Virus record (IMG/VR): IMGVR_UViG_3300026820_000001
Coordinates: 1 to 54,707 of that record
Length of the DNA: 54,707 nucleotides
Reading direction: 5' to 3' (one strand)
Source of the DNA: a virus
Taxonomy: Duplodnaviria; Caudoviricetes
The position numbers and the translations under genes are program-made. Positions 9,896-19,069 of this stretch are shown here, in pieces (position 1 is the stretch's first letter; each line of letters begins with the position of its first letter). The notes beneath the pieces are model-generated. The model was not told the origin of the DNA. It ran no database searches and worked only from the letters and a program-made list of their open reading frames with translations.

Positions 9896-10744
9896 CTATT
9901 CGTTGGGTTGATAGCTCAGGGTGCGTTCGCCGCAAAACAGACCACCCGCATCCAGATCGAAATGGTACTTGTTCCTGTCGCAGTCCAGATTGGCTGGGCT
10001 GCCTCCGGTAATAGTTGGCCCGATAGGGGTCGTGTCCATTGGCCAATAGAACATCAGCGATTCCGGCTGGACCTGAAACGGCATGTACTTCACTTTGCTG
10101 AAGGCCAATTTGCCAATGTCTCCAGCCGACAATGCATTGGTCCAGATGGCTAAATCCGACATTGCCCCTCCGAAGAATGATGAACCGCCGTTCTGTTGAT
10201 AGATAAAGGTGTGAAATGTGGTAGCATTCGTTATCCCAACGGCATTTCCAGTTCCTGTTCCCCAACTGCCCGAGGTAGCTTTGCCATTGATATAGAAGGC
10301 GAGAGAATTGGCGTTACTGTAGGTGTAACTGCAAGCCACATGCATCCATGTGTTTGTCTGCACTGAGTCTCCAGTCGTTCGCCAAATGTGGTAGGTGCCG
10401 TTGGGGCTGGCGAAGCTGAATCCGATCTTTTCACTCACCGAAGACAACCCAAGTTGCTGGTTCCCGTCAGCCCCAGATTGTTCGAATCGACCTTTGCCAA
10501 CCAAACCCTGTTTTGCTCCACCTCCCAGTTGGCCGTTTACTCCGGCGTCTGTCCAATCGTACTTCACCCAACAGGCGATTGTTAACGAACTGGAGTTGGT
10601 AATTTGAGCGAACAACTCAGTTGCCCTGTTACCAGAAACGCCAATAGGCGTTTTATTGTCAGACTGCCCTATGATTGTGTGGACGGCAGCATGACAGACA
10701 CACACCGAGGCCACCATCATCAATAGGATTAGGTGGTTCCTCAT
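9896..10744 (-). CDS. LamG-like lectin domain protein with signal peptide
   Basis: Signal MRNHLILLMMVASVCVCHA; LTIACWVK, WMHVACSY, FYING, FGGAMSDLAIWTNALS. Confidence 0.85.
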   Translation of the reverse strand: MRNHLILLMMVASVCVCHAAVHTIIGQSDNKTPIGVSGNRATELFAQITNSSSLTIACWVKYDWTDAGVNGQLGGGAKQGLVGKGRFEQSGADGNQQLGLSSVSEKIGFSFASPNGTYHIWRTTGDSVQTNTWMHVACSYTYSNANSLAFYINGKATSGSWGTGTGNAVGITNATTFHTFIYQQNGGSSFFGGAMSDLAIWTNALSAGDIGKLAFSKVKYMPFQVQPESLMFYWPMDTTPIGPTITGGSPANLDCDRNKYHFDLDAGGLFCGERTLSYQPNE

Positions 10745-13338
10745 GGTCTTGTATATTCCAGTTGAAGCCCATGCACTGCGACCGCCCCGCCGTAGGTATC
10801 TTCGGTTGGGAGTCGTTGTAGCTTTATAAGGCCCACGTCTCGTGGCATGAGAAGCGAGTTCACACCCAAATCAATGACCAGATTGGTCACGATATTGGTG
10901 CCGTCATATTTGGCGATCCAATCGTTTGACCCCCTGACAACCGATCCGAAGAAATTGGTGTGAACATTGTTGGTCGTTCCACTTCTAATCGGTAACACCG
11001 AAACTCCAAAGACAACATTGCTTGTGTTTGGTCCATTGGTGGATGAAAGCGAATAGTTGATCAACAGCTTCAGAGTATTGGTCGCATAATCTGGAGGAAC
11101 CACAAACTGCCATGTGGCACTCGTGGCAATCCTCGCACCCTCGGCGTTGGTCTCAGCGTAAACGGTTTCCCAAGCCTGCCATCCGGCGTCGATGGCCGGG
11201 TAATTGGTGGCCGGAAGCTTAGCCGCCTGCACGGAAAGATTGAGTATGTTCGTGGTGCCAGCTAGTGGATTTACGGCGGCGACCGTGCCCCATCCTAAGA
11301 CTCCTGAGCCGTTGTTCGTAAGCACTGTTGCGGCTGCGCCCTGGGATGAAGGCCATGAATAAGTAATCCCCCTTATAGGCGTTATATTTCCTTCAAAGTC
11401 TACACTGAAGGCTATGGTGTTGGTATGTTGGATTTCAAACAGATTACCGCTCGTGTGCGGAATGGTAGCTTTCAAATAGTACGGCGTTCCAGGTGCGGCC
11501 GGTTTTAACTGAACACCGTCTCCTGTGTCATCTGCCAGAAAGAGAAAAGTGCTTTGGCTTGGACCCAAGTTCACGTCGAAATTGGGAGAGCCATTTGTGG
11601 TGTCGTGCTCCAAGTACAAATAGGTAAATTGATTCACATTGGCAGAAACAACGATGTGGAAAATTCCGAAGTTTGTAGGGGAAACCTGACTGTCGGTCGC
11701 CTTGAAGTAGATTTGACCAAAAGTGGAATCCCCTGCGACTGATTCCCAAATGCCGTCGATAAAGTCAGACGCATCTGGATTCCAGATCGCCGTAGCTCTA
11801 TTGCCTATAACTACTGCGCCATTGGTTTTTATGATGGTGTTTGTCCTTACGACTGGGTGAATTTGTCCTAGCTCGTTTGTCCAAACCTGATCGCCTGAAC
11901 CGCCCGTTCCACTCACGGCACCCCAGCCTAGGTTCCCAGATCCATCGTTAGTAAGAACAGTTGCAGCCGCGCCCTGGGCGCTCGGCCAGGAATAGGCGAC
12001 ACGCTTCAGGAGCTTTAGGTCACCGATGCCGTTCACTTCGAACATCGGCGTATTCGAGTTCTGCAAAGACAAGATGGTGTCGATGTTGGTGACTCCGTAG
12101 GCGGTGCTAAAAAGGTAGGAAGTAGGTCCAACGGCAAAAGTCGGATCGAAGTGAACAACGTACCGACTGGCTATTTGAAGCCCCAAATCTATGGTGGAAA
12201 GCCCGCCTCCCGTGTCGCCTATTCCGAATATATCAAACCGGGTGGACCCCCCTTCAGCTGCATTCACGGCTCCCGCCATGGCGAATCCGTTGTCGTCAGC
12301 TTGAAGGGTGGAATTCGCGTTAGGTCGATCCACATTTATCGACTTGATTGAAGGATCGGAAACGTCGATGAAAACCCCATTGGTTATCTCCGGTCCGACG
12401 TGCATGCTGCCGTCGAGTGAGAAGTGGATGTTGGTCGTGATGGTGGAAATGACCGTGATGTCATTATTGTCGTTGGTCCAAACCAAGTCCCCGAAGGTTA
12501 TTCCACCGGGCGCAGCTCGGATGACGAGCGTGTCTTGGTTGGTAACGAACGTAATGCTCCCATCATCATTGGTGAGGGTAAGGCTGCGTTTAACCTCGAA
12601 AGCGTTGGTTTTGGTGCCCCAACGCTGGAATTTGAACAAGGTGATTCCGTTGGTGACCGCTGTGCCAGCCACGTAAGGATGCTCTATCCAGCTGTCGGCC
12701 CCTATCGACGTGAACGTGACAGCAAACGAGGCTGGGTTGCTGACTTGCAGGTAGTAATCAGCCCCTTCCATGAGGTTGGTCAGGAGGACCGCCACGTTCG
12801 CTGTGAGGTTGGTGCTGTACCATTGATTGGTGCCGTTGAACCAGCCCAGTCCCGCTGTAGTGGGAAGGATCAGCACGCGGCTGGAAATTGTGCCGCTATT
12901 GGTCGTGATGCCAGAGAAAAAGGCGTTAGTCACGAACAGATTGCTGTTCACGTTGATGTTGTTGACCACGATGTTCGTTACGTAAATGTTGCTTACGAAA
13001 ATGTTGCTGATCGCAAACAAGGTCTGGAATACCGTGATGCTCTGAACCGTAAGGTTGGTCGTAAAGACGTTGGATGTAACCAGAGTCTGGTTCACGAAGA
13101 TGTTGGTCGTGAACAGATTGCTCGTGTAGGTGTTGTTCACCACAAACAGATTGGTCGTGACGAAGACTGGGCTGGACCCGTTCGTTATGCCGCCGCCGTC
13201 CACGAGGATTTTACCGATGCCCACATTCGACCTTATGATGATGCCGTTGGTGCCGATGAATGCTGTGTAGGGCGGGTTGGCGGCGAAAGCCCCGAAAGCC
13301 AGCAAGAACGGCAACAGGATAAGCAGTAATCGTTTCAT
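10741..13338 (-). CDS. Thr/Asn-rich tail-fibre-like protein with signal peptide
   Basis: Signal MKRLLLILLPFLLAFGAFA; pentapeptide repeats; two WPSxQGAAATVLTNxGSGxLGW fibre motifs; C-terminal beta-sandwich-like head. Confidence 0.75.
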   Translation of the reverse strand: MKRLLLILLPFLLAFGAFAANPPYTAFIGTNGIIIRSNVGIGKILVDGGGITNGSSPVFVTTNLFVVNNTYTSNLFTTNIFVNQTLVTSNVFTTNLTVQSITVFQTLFAISNIFVSNIYVTNIVVNNINVNSNLFVTNAFFSGITTNSGTISSRVLILPTTAGLGWFNGTNQWYSTNLTANVAVLLTNLMEGADYYLQVSNPASFAVTFTSIGADSWIEHPYVAGTAVTNGITLFKFQRWGTKTNAFEVKRSLTLTNDDGSITFVTNQDTLVIRAAPGGITFGDLVWTNDNNDITVISTITTNIHFSLDGSMHVGPEITNGVFIDVSDPSIKSINVDRPNANSTLQADDNGFAMAGAVNAAEGGSTRFDIFGIGDTGGGLSTIDLGLQIASRYVVHFDPTFAVGPTSYLFSTAYGVTNIDTILSLQNSNTPMFEVNGIGDLKLLKRVAYSWPSAQGAAATVLTNDGSGNLGWGAVSGTGGSGDQVWTNELGQIHPVVRTNTIIKTNGAVVIGNRATAIWNPDASDFIDGIWESVAGDSTFGQIYFKATDSQVSPTNFGIFHIVVSANVNQFTYLYLEHDTTNGSPNFDVNLGPSQSTFLFLADDTGDGVQLKPAAPGTPYYLKATIPHTSGNLFEIQHTNTIAFSVDFEGNITPIRGITYSWPSSQGAAATVLTNNGSGVLGWGTVAAVNPLAGTTNILNLSVQAAKLPATNYPAIDAGWQAWETVYAETNAEGARIATSATWQFVVPPDYATNTLKLLINYSLSSTNGPNTSNVVFGVSVLPIRSGTTNNVHTNFFGSVVRGSNDWIAKYDGTNIVTNLVIDLGVNSLLMPRDVGLIKLQRLPTEDTYGGAVAVHGLQLEYTRP

Positions 13339-13353
13339 AAAATCTGTTCCCAG

Positions 13354-16300
13354 CTAACGTGCAGCAGGATCGTAATAGACCCGGAAACTGTTATTGGTAT
13401 GAGCGCCACCTCGCCGCGCCCCGCCCTTCAGGGCTAGGCTCGTGTCAATTCCGTTGGTCTGAGCCAGCTCCAGATTTGCATTGGTGAAGGCAAACGGCAC
13501 AGCCCCACCCGGTCCCCATTCAAATCTGCCCTCGGCATGCTGCGCGGTGTTTCCAGTTCGAGTAATCCATGCCTCCGCTCGGAAAGCGGTATTAGACCCA
13601 ATTTGGAGGCCGGTATCGAGGATGGTTTGGGACCCGAACACAATCTGGAATTCATTCGTGTTGATCAGCGCATTGGGCATAATTCCGCCCCACACTGCGT
13701 GGATGGTGTCTCCGTTATTGGTCAATACATGTGCCGGAATGAGGACGTTTGCTAGATTGCTCATGGTAGCCAGCGCGTTCAGGTTGGTGAACGATGTGGT
13801 GCTCCAGTAGATCAATCCTCCAACCCAAGCATTGCTCACGCTCTGGCCTGCCTTCACGAGCAAATTGCTGCTGGCATAGAGTGTGCCTTTGGTTTCGGAC
13901 CCGATCCAGTTGGTAACGCCACCGGCCGTGTCAACTCTTCCTCCGTTAGTCACGCTCCCGGTCAGCAGTGAGCCGCCGAGGTTAGTGAATCCACCGGCAA
14001 TGGCGAGCCATCCTGCATTGGTGGCATTGCCCCTGGTTTCCACCCCTGCCCAATTGGTGACGCCACCCAGGACGTTTAACGACGAAGTGTTTGTCTGAGG
14101 ACCAAGGAGGTTCACGTTGCTCGCCACGAGCGTAATCCCGTTATTGGTCAGGCCATAGATGACAGGAACACCGTTGGTGTTGAGCACTTGGAAGCTGTTG
14201 GTGCCAATTCCGGGAACGTTGGTCACAGTCAATGCCGGCGCTGTTCCATTTCCAGTTGGATAAACGACTACATTGGTCAGTAACGCTCCGTCCTTAATAG
14301 CCAATGGACTACCCAAGAACTGATTTCCATTAGTTGTCAGCACTGGCCCTGTTCCCCAACCAAGATTTCCCGAGCCATCATTGGTAAGGACGGTTTTGGC
14401 CGCGCCCTGCGCACTTGGCCACGAGTAGGCAACTCGTTTAAGCAATTTAAGATCGCCTATTCCATTAACCTCGAAAACTGGCGTGTTGGAATTTTGCAGG
14501 CTGAAAAGAGTGTGGATATTGGTTAACCCTAGGGCACTGTTGAACAGATAATTGGTTGGTGTGCCTCCATATCCTGGAGACAGTACGACCCCTCTACCAT
14601 TTGAGATGATTGGATCCTGAGCGATCAATTGTAGGACGGTGTTCGTGTAACCATACGAATTGACGTTAAAGAAAGACTGTTTCGATGATCCGTCAAAAGT
14701 CGAGATAGAAACAGTGGAAAGATTCGTCTCGGCACCGAATGTTCCGGCACCGAGGTACCCTACTGTGCTTCGATTCACTGACCAGTTAATGTACGCCTGA
14801 TTTGGTTCTCCAATGGCAGTGTCGCGCAAAGCCCTAAACACATAGGAGTTGTCTGGCGTGCCGTTATTCCTACCTACAAAAATTCCTCCAAATGCACCTA
14901 CGGTTAGTGCGTTTGATCCTCCATCGTTGATTACTAACAATTTGCTCGCGGAGTTGGTTCTGTATGTCATTGTATCCCAATAGAAATTAGTACCAACTCC
15001 ATCATCTGGAACATCGACGCGCAGGATCACATTAGTCGGGAAAGCAATGGGCTTGATTGCGACCGTATCGTTAGTCCAGACCAAATCTGAGAAGGCCACC
15101 GATCCAGCAGCGGGCGCATTGCTCCAGGTTCCTGTCCCCTGGGATGCGTTGGTAAGCGTCCAAACCTGTCCGACCGATCCAACTCCTCCTTGAAGGTAAA
15201 GGTTAGTCCCAACCGTAACAGAGTCTTGCACGGAAAGACTCCCGTTGTTTAGCAGTAGCAGATTTCCCCCAGGCGTTGATTCCTCGAAGCTCATAACCGG
15301 CCAGAAAATCCCGACTCCCTGGGCTATATTTACCCTGATTGTATTGGTAACATTTCTGAGCACCGTATTTGTTAGAAGTGCTCCGCTTTTGATCGATAAT
15401 GGCACACCTAGAAATTGGTTGGCATTGGTAGTAAGACCGCCACCACCAGACGTAGCATCTATCACATAATTGCTACCGTTATCGGTAAGTGTGATGTTGG
15501 AACCAGCTTCGAGTCCCCTAATCTGGCCAGTGGTGTTGGTCGCTCCGGCCGCATCTCCGACACCTATAACTAATGGTTTTATGGTGGCGTTGGAGAGAGA
15601 CAACGTGAACAGATTCGTAACAGCCCCTGTGCCTGAGAGGTTGGTCAGGAAGAGGCTGGCTGGCTGTCGAAAGACGATCCAATTAGTGACGCTGGCGCTA
15701 TTGGTAGCGGATGTGACGTAATTGGACACTGAATTAACCCAGTTGGACACACCCACCACATTGGTCGTGCTTGCGGTTTGAGCCCAGTCATTGGCTATCA
15801 CGATATTGGAACTCATGGTCACAGCCAGCCCCGAGCCTTGTTCGATTCCAAACAGCGTCAAAACCCCGTTCGCGTATGCGTTTGTGAGCGGCTTAGAGGT
15901 TGCATTTGTGGTGCTCAGGCTCACAACATTCGTGACATTATTAGCCACAGTGCTGACCAGATTGGTGAGGACCGCACTTCCATTTTGCTTGGTTTGGACC
16001 AAGTTTGAGACCGAGTTTACCCAGTTCGATACGCCCACAACGTTTGTAGTACTTGCCGTCTGCGCCCAATCGTTGGCGATAATGATATTCGAAGCGTTCA
16101 TCGTGATCGCTTGTCCACTACCTTGTTCAATACCAAAGATCGTCAGCACGCCAGATGTGTAACTGTTGGTGAGAGGCTTGCTCGTCGCGTTGGTCGTGCT
16201 GAGAGAGATGACGTTGGTGACATTGTTAGCCACCGTACCCACCAGATTGGTCAGCACAGCGGAACCCAACTGTTTGGTCTCCGCTAAATTGCTGATCGCA

Positions 16301-17943
16301 TTTGCCCAATTAGTGAGGAAAGTGGTCGAAACTACGTTCGCCATTGCGCCGGTTGGAATGTTGGACCAGTTGGTGAGATTGGCTGAACCAAGTTGCTTGG
16401 TTTCCGCCAGATTGCTTATGGCGTTGGCCCAATTCGTCAAGAAAGTAGTCGAGGCAACGTTTGCCATCGCGCCAGTGGGTATATTCGACCAGTTGGTCAG
16501 GTTCTGGGAACCGAACTGGCGATCATTCCAGACATTTGTGGGATAAAGGCTCCAGTTGGAGTCAGCACTGGAATTGGTCACGTCTCCCTCGGCATTGATC
16601 ACGGCTGACCGCGAGACTGTCAGGTGCGGCAGGTTCAGTTGCGTGCCATTGGTGACTGGGCCTGAAGCGTAAATCCAGCCGTTGGATACTTCGAGGCTCG
16701 ATTGGACGTTGATATTGGTTAAGAATGCACCGTCCTTGATCGATAGCGGGACGCCGAGAAACTGATTGGCGTTGGTCGTGAGGCCAGCCGAGCCTGAACC
16801 AGCAGACACCGGCCACCAACCAAGAGCGCCAGAGCCATTATTCGTTAGTGCCGTTCCCGCCGCGCCTTGGCTGCTTGGCCACAGATAGGGGATTTTCTTG
16901 ATCAGCCTGAGGTCGCCCACTCCGTCTACTTCCAACACAGGGAAGTTGCTGTTTTGAAGCGATAAAAGCATGTCGGTATTGGTGATGCGAATGCTGCTGC
17001 TGAACAGATAATTGGTCCTGGTAAGCAGGCTGAAATTGGGGTCCATCTGCATGTAGGTCGCCCCGTCCACCAACGCCTGCATGGTAAAGCTGTTAAAGTC
17101 CTGAGGGTTATCTCCCGCGCCGGCCTGAACGGAGAATCGCGTAAACTTGACACCGCCTTCCTTGTTGGCGAAGAGAATGAGCGCACCGTAATTGGTGTCG
17201 ATGATCAGGTCCGAGGCTCCACTGTAACCCACCACGCTATTGCCGCTCAGCGTGAAAATCTCCTGCTGATTGGTTTCGCCAAGGGCCGTATCAAATATCC
17301 CATAGAGCACCCCTCCCGGAAATGGTCCGGTATTGCCCCTGCCCGAGAACAAGCCTCCGTCTGGACCAATCGTCAGCGCGTTACTGCCGCCATTGTAGAT
17401 TTCGAACAGTTTACTCGCTGCGTTGGTCCGATTCACCCGGGAATCGAAGTAAAAGTTCGTTCCTACCCCGTCGTCAGGCACGTTGACCCGGAGCAGGATG
17501 TTAGTCGGGAAAGCGATAGGCTTGAGAGTGCCGTTATCGTTGGTCCAGGTGTGGGGCATGGACGCGCCTCCAGCAACAACATTGTTGGACCACTTTTTCA
17601 CTGTCGCATTCCAGATCGGAACTTGGCCCTCGGTTGGAGTCGGGCCGAAATGGGAATTGGTCGTAAGCGGCTGACGTAGGATTGGTGGAGCGGGCTGGGC
17701 AGAGATTGACTGTAGTCCTAGTAAAAGTACCAGGACAGGCACCAACCGCTTTCCATTCTGTAACAGTGCCCGGATGCCTTGGGCGGGAGAAGTCAGCCGG
17801 TGCGTGACCTTGACCCATTCTAGGAGTTTGGATTGGCCAGCCAAGACCCGTGCATGTTCCCTCTTCAACTGTTCAAGCTCAGCTGAGAGGGACCTAATCT
17901 TAGCCGGCCAACGCCAAAAGGCATATTTATCAGGGATTTTCAT
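13354..17943 (-). CDS. Large Thr/Asn-rich tail-fibre-like repeat protein
   Basis: ATGA overlap with the upstream gene at 17943; internal repeats; WPSxQGAA..LTNxGSGxLGW motifs; signal-like segment KRLVPVLVLLLGLQSISA about 55 aa in. Confidence 0.75.
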   Translation of the reverse strand: MKIPDKYAFWRWPAKIRSLSAELEQLKREHARVLAGQSKLLEWVKVTHRLTSPAQGIRALLQNGKRLVPVLVLLLGLQSISAQPAPPILRQPLTTNSHFGPTPTEGQVPIWNATVKKWSNNVVAGGASMPHTWTNDNGTLKPIAFPTNILLRVNVPDDGVGTNFYFDSRVNRTNAASKLFEIYNGGSNALTIGPDGGLFSGRGNTGPFPGGVLYGIFDTALGETNQQEIFTLSGNSVVGYSGASDLIIDTNYGALILFANKEGGVKFTRFSVQAGAGDNPQDFNSFTMQALVDGATYMQMDPNFSLLTRTNYLFSSSIRITNTDMLLSLQNSNFPVLEVDGVGDLRLIKKIPYLWPSSQGAAGTALTNNGSGALGWWPVSAGSGSAGLTTNANQFLGVPLSIKDGAFLTNINVQSSLEVSNGWIYASGPVTNGTQLNLPHLTVSRSAVINAEGDVTNSSADSNWSLYPTNVWNDRQFGSQNLTNWSNIPTGAMANVASTTFLTNWANAISNLAETKQLGSANLTNWSNIPTGAMANVVSTTFLTNWANAISNLAETKQLGSAVLTNLVGTVANNVTNVISLSTTNATSKPLTNSYTSGVLTIFGIEQGSGQAITMNASNIIIANDWAQTASTTNVVGVSNWVNSVSNLVQTKQNGSAVLTNLVSTVANNVTNVVSLSTTNATSKPLTNAYANGVLTLFGIEQGSGLAVTMSSNIVIANDWAQTASTTNVVGVSNWVNSVSNYVTSATNSASVTNWIVFRQPASLFLTNLSGTGAVTNLFTLSLSNATIKPLVIGVGDAAGATNTTGQIRGLEAGSNITLTDNGSNYVIDATSGGGGLTTNANQFLGVPLSIKSGALLTNTVLRNVTNTIRVNIAQGVGIFWPVMSFEESTPGGNLLLLNNGSLSVQDSVTVGTNLYLQGGVGSVGQVWTLTNASQGTGTWSNAPAAGSVAFSDLVWTNDTVAIKPIAFPTNVILRVDVPDDGVGTNFYWDTMTYRTNSASKLLVINDGGSNALTVGAFGGIFVGRNNGTPDNSYVFRALRDTAIGEPNQAYINWSVNRSTVGYLGAGTFGAETNLSTVSISTFDGSSKQSFFNVNSYGYTNTVLQLIAQDPIISNGRGVVLSPGYGGTPTNYLFNSALGLTNIHTLFSLQNSNTPVFEVNGIGDLKLLKRVAYSWPSAQGAAKTVLTNDGSGNLGWGTGPVLTTNGNQFLGSPLAIKDGALLTNVVVYPTGNGTAPALTVTNVPGIGTNSFQVLNTNGVPVIYGLTNNGITLVASNVNLLGPQTNTSSLNVLGGVTNWAGVETRGNATNAGWLAIAGGFTNLGGSLLTGSVTNGGRVDTAGGVTNWIGSETKGTLYASSNLLVKAGQSVSNAWVGGLIYWSTTSFTNLNALATMSNLANVLIPAHVLTNNGDTIHAVWGGIMPNALINTNEFQIVFGSQTILDTGLQIGSNTAFRAEAWITRTGNTAQHAEGRFEWGPGGAVPFAFTNANLELAQTNGIDTSLALKGGARRGGAHTNNSFRVYYDPAAR
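15720..16520 (-). repeat. Tandem coding repeats: 41-aa units (123-nt period) then two 95-aa units (285-nt spacing)
   Basis: Q(F/L)GS at 16518, 16395 and 16272; GSAVLTNL at 16266 and 15981. Confidence 0.85.
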
Positions 17944-18335
17944 ATTCCGCCGATCAACATTGCCCAAATGCTCTGGTTATCGTCCCAGTACCAGAAGCTG
18001 GACGTGCTCCGGTTGTAGTACAGAGCGCATTCACAATTGGGAGCGGCTACCGGGTCGGCATCTCCGCACATCAAGCAACTGTTGCCGCTCCCGCCGCCTG
18101 CGTGGAGAATTTCGCAAAGTAACTGGGTCTGAATGACGGACAACTGGAAGGGAAACAGGCAGGCAAAACAGCTGGAGTCATCGAGTAAATCCTGAACATT
18201 GCAACTAGCCATGGGGTTTTGTATGTGCAGGATTCGGCAGAGCAACACCGTCTTGATCAGTTCGAGTTGGCCCGGACTCAGATTGCTCATCGAGGCCGCT
18301 GCTTGCATTAGCTCGTTGGTGGTGCATGTGGCCAT
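17940..18335 (-). CDS. Cys-rich repeat protein (two modules plus short C-terminal fibre-like motif)
   Basis: MATCTTNELM...LLCRIL and MASCNVQDLL...LLCEIL; C-terminal LYYNRSTSSFWYWD...W. Confidence 0.8.
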   Translation of the reverse strand: MATCTTNELMQAAASMSNLSPGQLELIKTVLLCRILHIQNPMASCNVQDLLDDSSCFACLFPFQLSVIQTQLLCEILHAGGGSGNSCLMCGDADPVAAPNCECALYYNRSTSSFWYWDDNQSIWAMLIGGI

Positions 18336-18344
18336 TAGTCACTA

Positions 18345-18605
18345 TCACTTCCAGCTAAGCGTTGGCACGTCCCACTGCGATAAGTTCCCGCCACCAACTG
18401 GATAATCCAAGGCGGGCAATGTTGGATCATCGGGCGCTGCCGGGGCGCGGCCCTGATAAAGTTGGCAACCGATGAACTTTCGAACCTGCGCGGCCGTGGC
18501 CTTCTTAGTGATGGGCGCACCACTCGGATCATCGACAACGGCGAAAAGATCGTCAGCCGTCACCGCTGCTGCGGCCGGAAGCGCACTTATTTTTGTGTCA
18601 GCCAT
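18345..18605 (-). CDS. Small virion protein with KISALP fibre-type N-terminus
   Basis: MADTKISALPAAAAVTADDLFAVVD...TKKAT matches a common phage fibre N-terminal motif. Confidence 0.8.
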   Translation of the reverse strand: MADTKISALPAAAAVTADDLFAVVDDPSGAPITKKATAAQVRKFIGCQLYQGRAPAAPDDPTLPALDYPVGGGNLSQWDVPTLSWK

Positions 18606-18608
18606 AGG

Positions 18609-18812
18609 TCATTCCTTGCGCAATCGGTCAGCGTTCTCCGCGTTCAATATGGCTCCGGTCTCGGCCAGGATGTAGAACGTGGATCCAGTCATGCCTCCGT
18701 TGTCCATGATGGCGCAGAGTAGGGTCAGGATAATGGGCATATTGGATCCTCGATCCACGCAGTACATGATGCATTTGGCATCTTCCAGTAATGTGTTGGG
18801 GTCACAGGCCAT
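18609..18812 (-). CDS. Small Cys-rich module protein
   Basis: MACDPNTLLEDAKC...LLCAI, paralogous to its neighbours; C-terminal YILAETGAILNAE. Confidence 0.8.
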   Translation of the reverse strand: MACDPNTLLEDAKCIMYCVDRGSNMPIILTLLCAIMDNGGMTGSTFYILAETGAILNAENADRLRKE

Positions 18813-19047
18813 CTAGGATGTCGCAGAGGATTTTTATCTTAACCGCCTGCATCGCCCCGGGCGGAATACAACCCAGGATGCAACTAGCCTGTTTGGCTAG
18901 GTAATCGGGGTCACAGGGAAGGTCTTCCCCGTCACGGATGGCGCACAAGAGGAGAATCTCGACCGCCGCATAGAGTCCACCAAGGGAATCGTACTTGCAG
19001 GAAAAGCATTTGCTATCCTCCAGCAACTGATTTGGATCGCAGGCCAT
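18802..19047 (-). CDS. Small Cys-rich module protein (two modules)
   Basis: MACDPNQLLEDSKC...LLCAI and CDPDYLAKQASC...ILCDI. Confidence 0.8.
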   Translation of the reverse strand: MACDPNQLLEDSKCFSCKYDSLGGLYAAVEILLLCAIRDGEDLPCDPDYLAKQASCILGCIPPGAMQAVKIKILCDILDGL

Positions 19048-19069
19048 AGTTATGAGGCTTTCATAACTA
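19047..19069. promoter_or_regulatory. Perfect 9-bp inverted repeat abutting a start codon
   Basis: TAGTTATGA-ggctt-TCATAACTA; one end overlaps the ATG of 18802..19047. Confidence 0.45.

Noticed and set aside
12424-13329. 301-aa plus-strand ORF
   Set aside because: Antisense shadow of the repetitive fibre gene; its Asp/Val/His bias mirrors the sense-strand codons.
13354-17943. Diversity-generating retroelement or invertible tail cassette
   Set aside because: No reverse transcriptase or invertase seen; repeat differences are synonymous, not adenine-specific.
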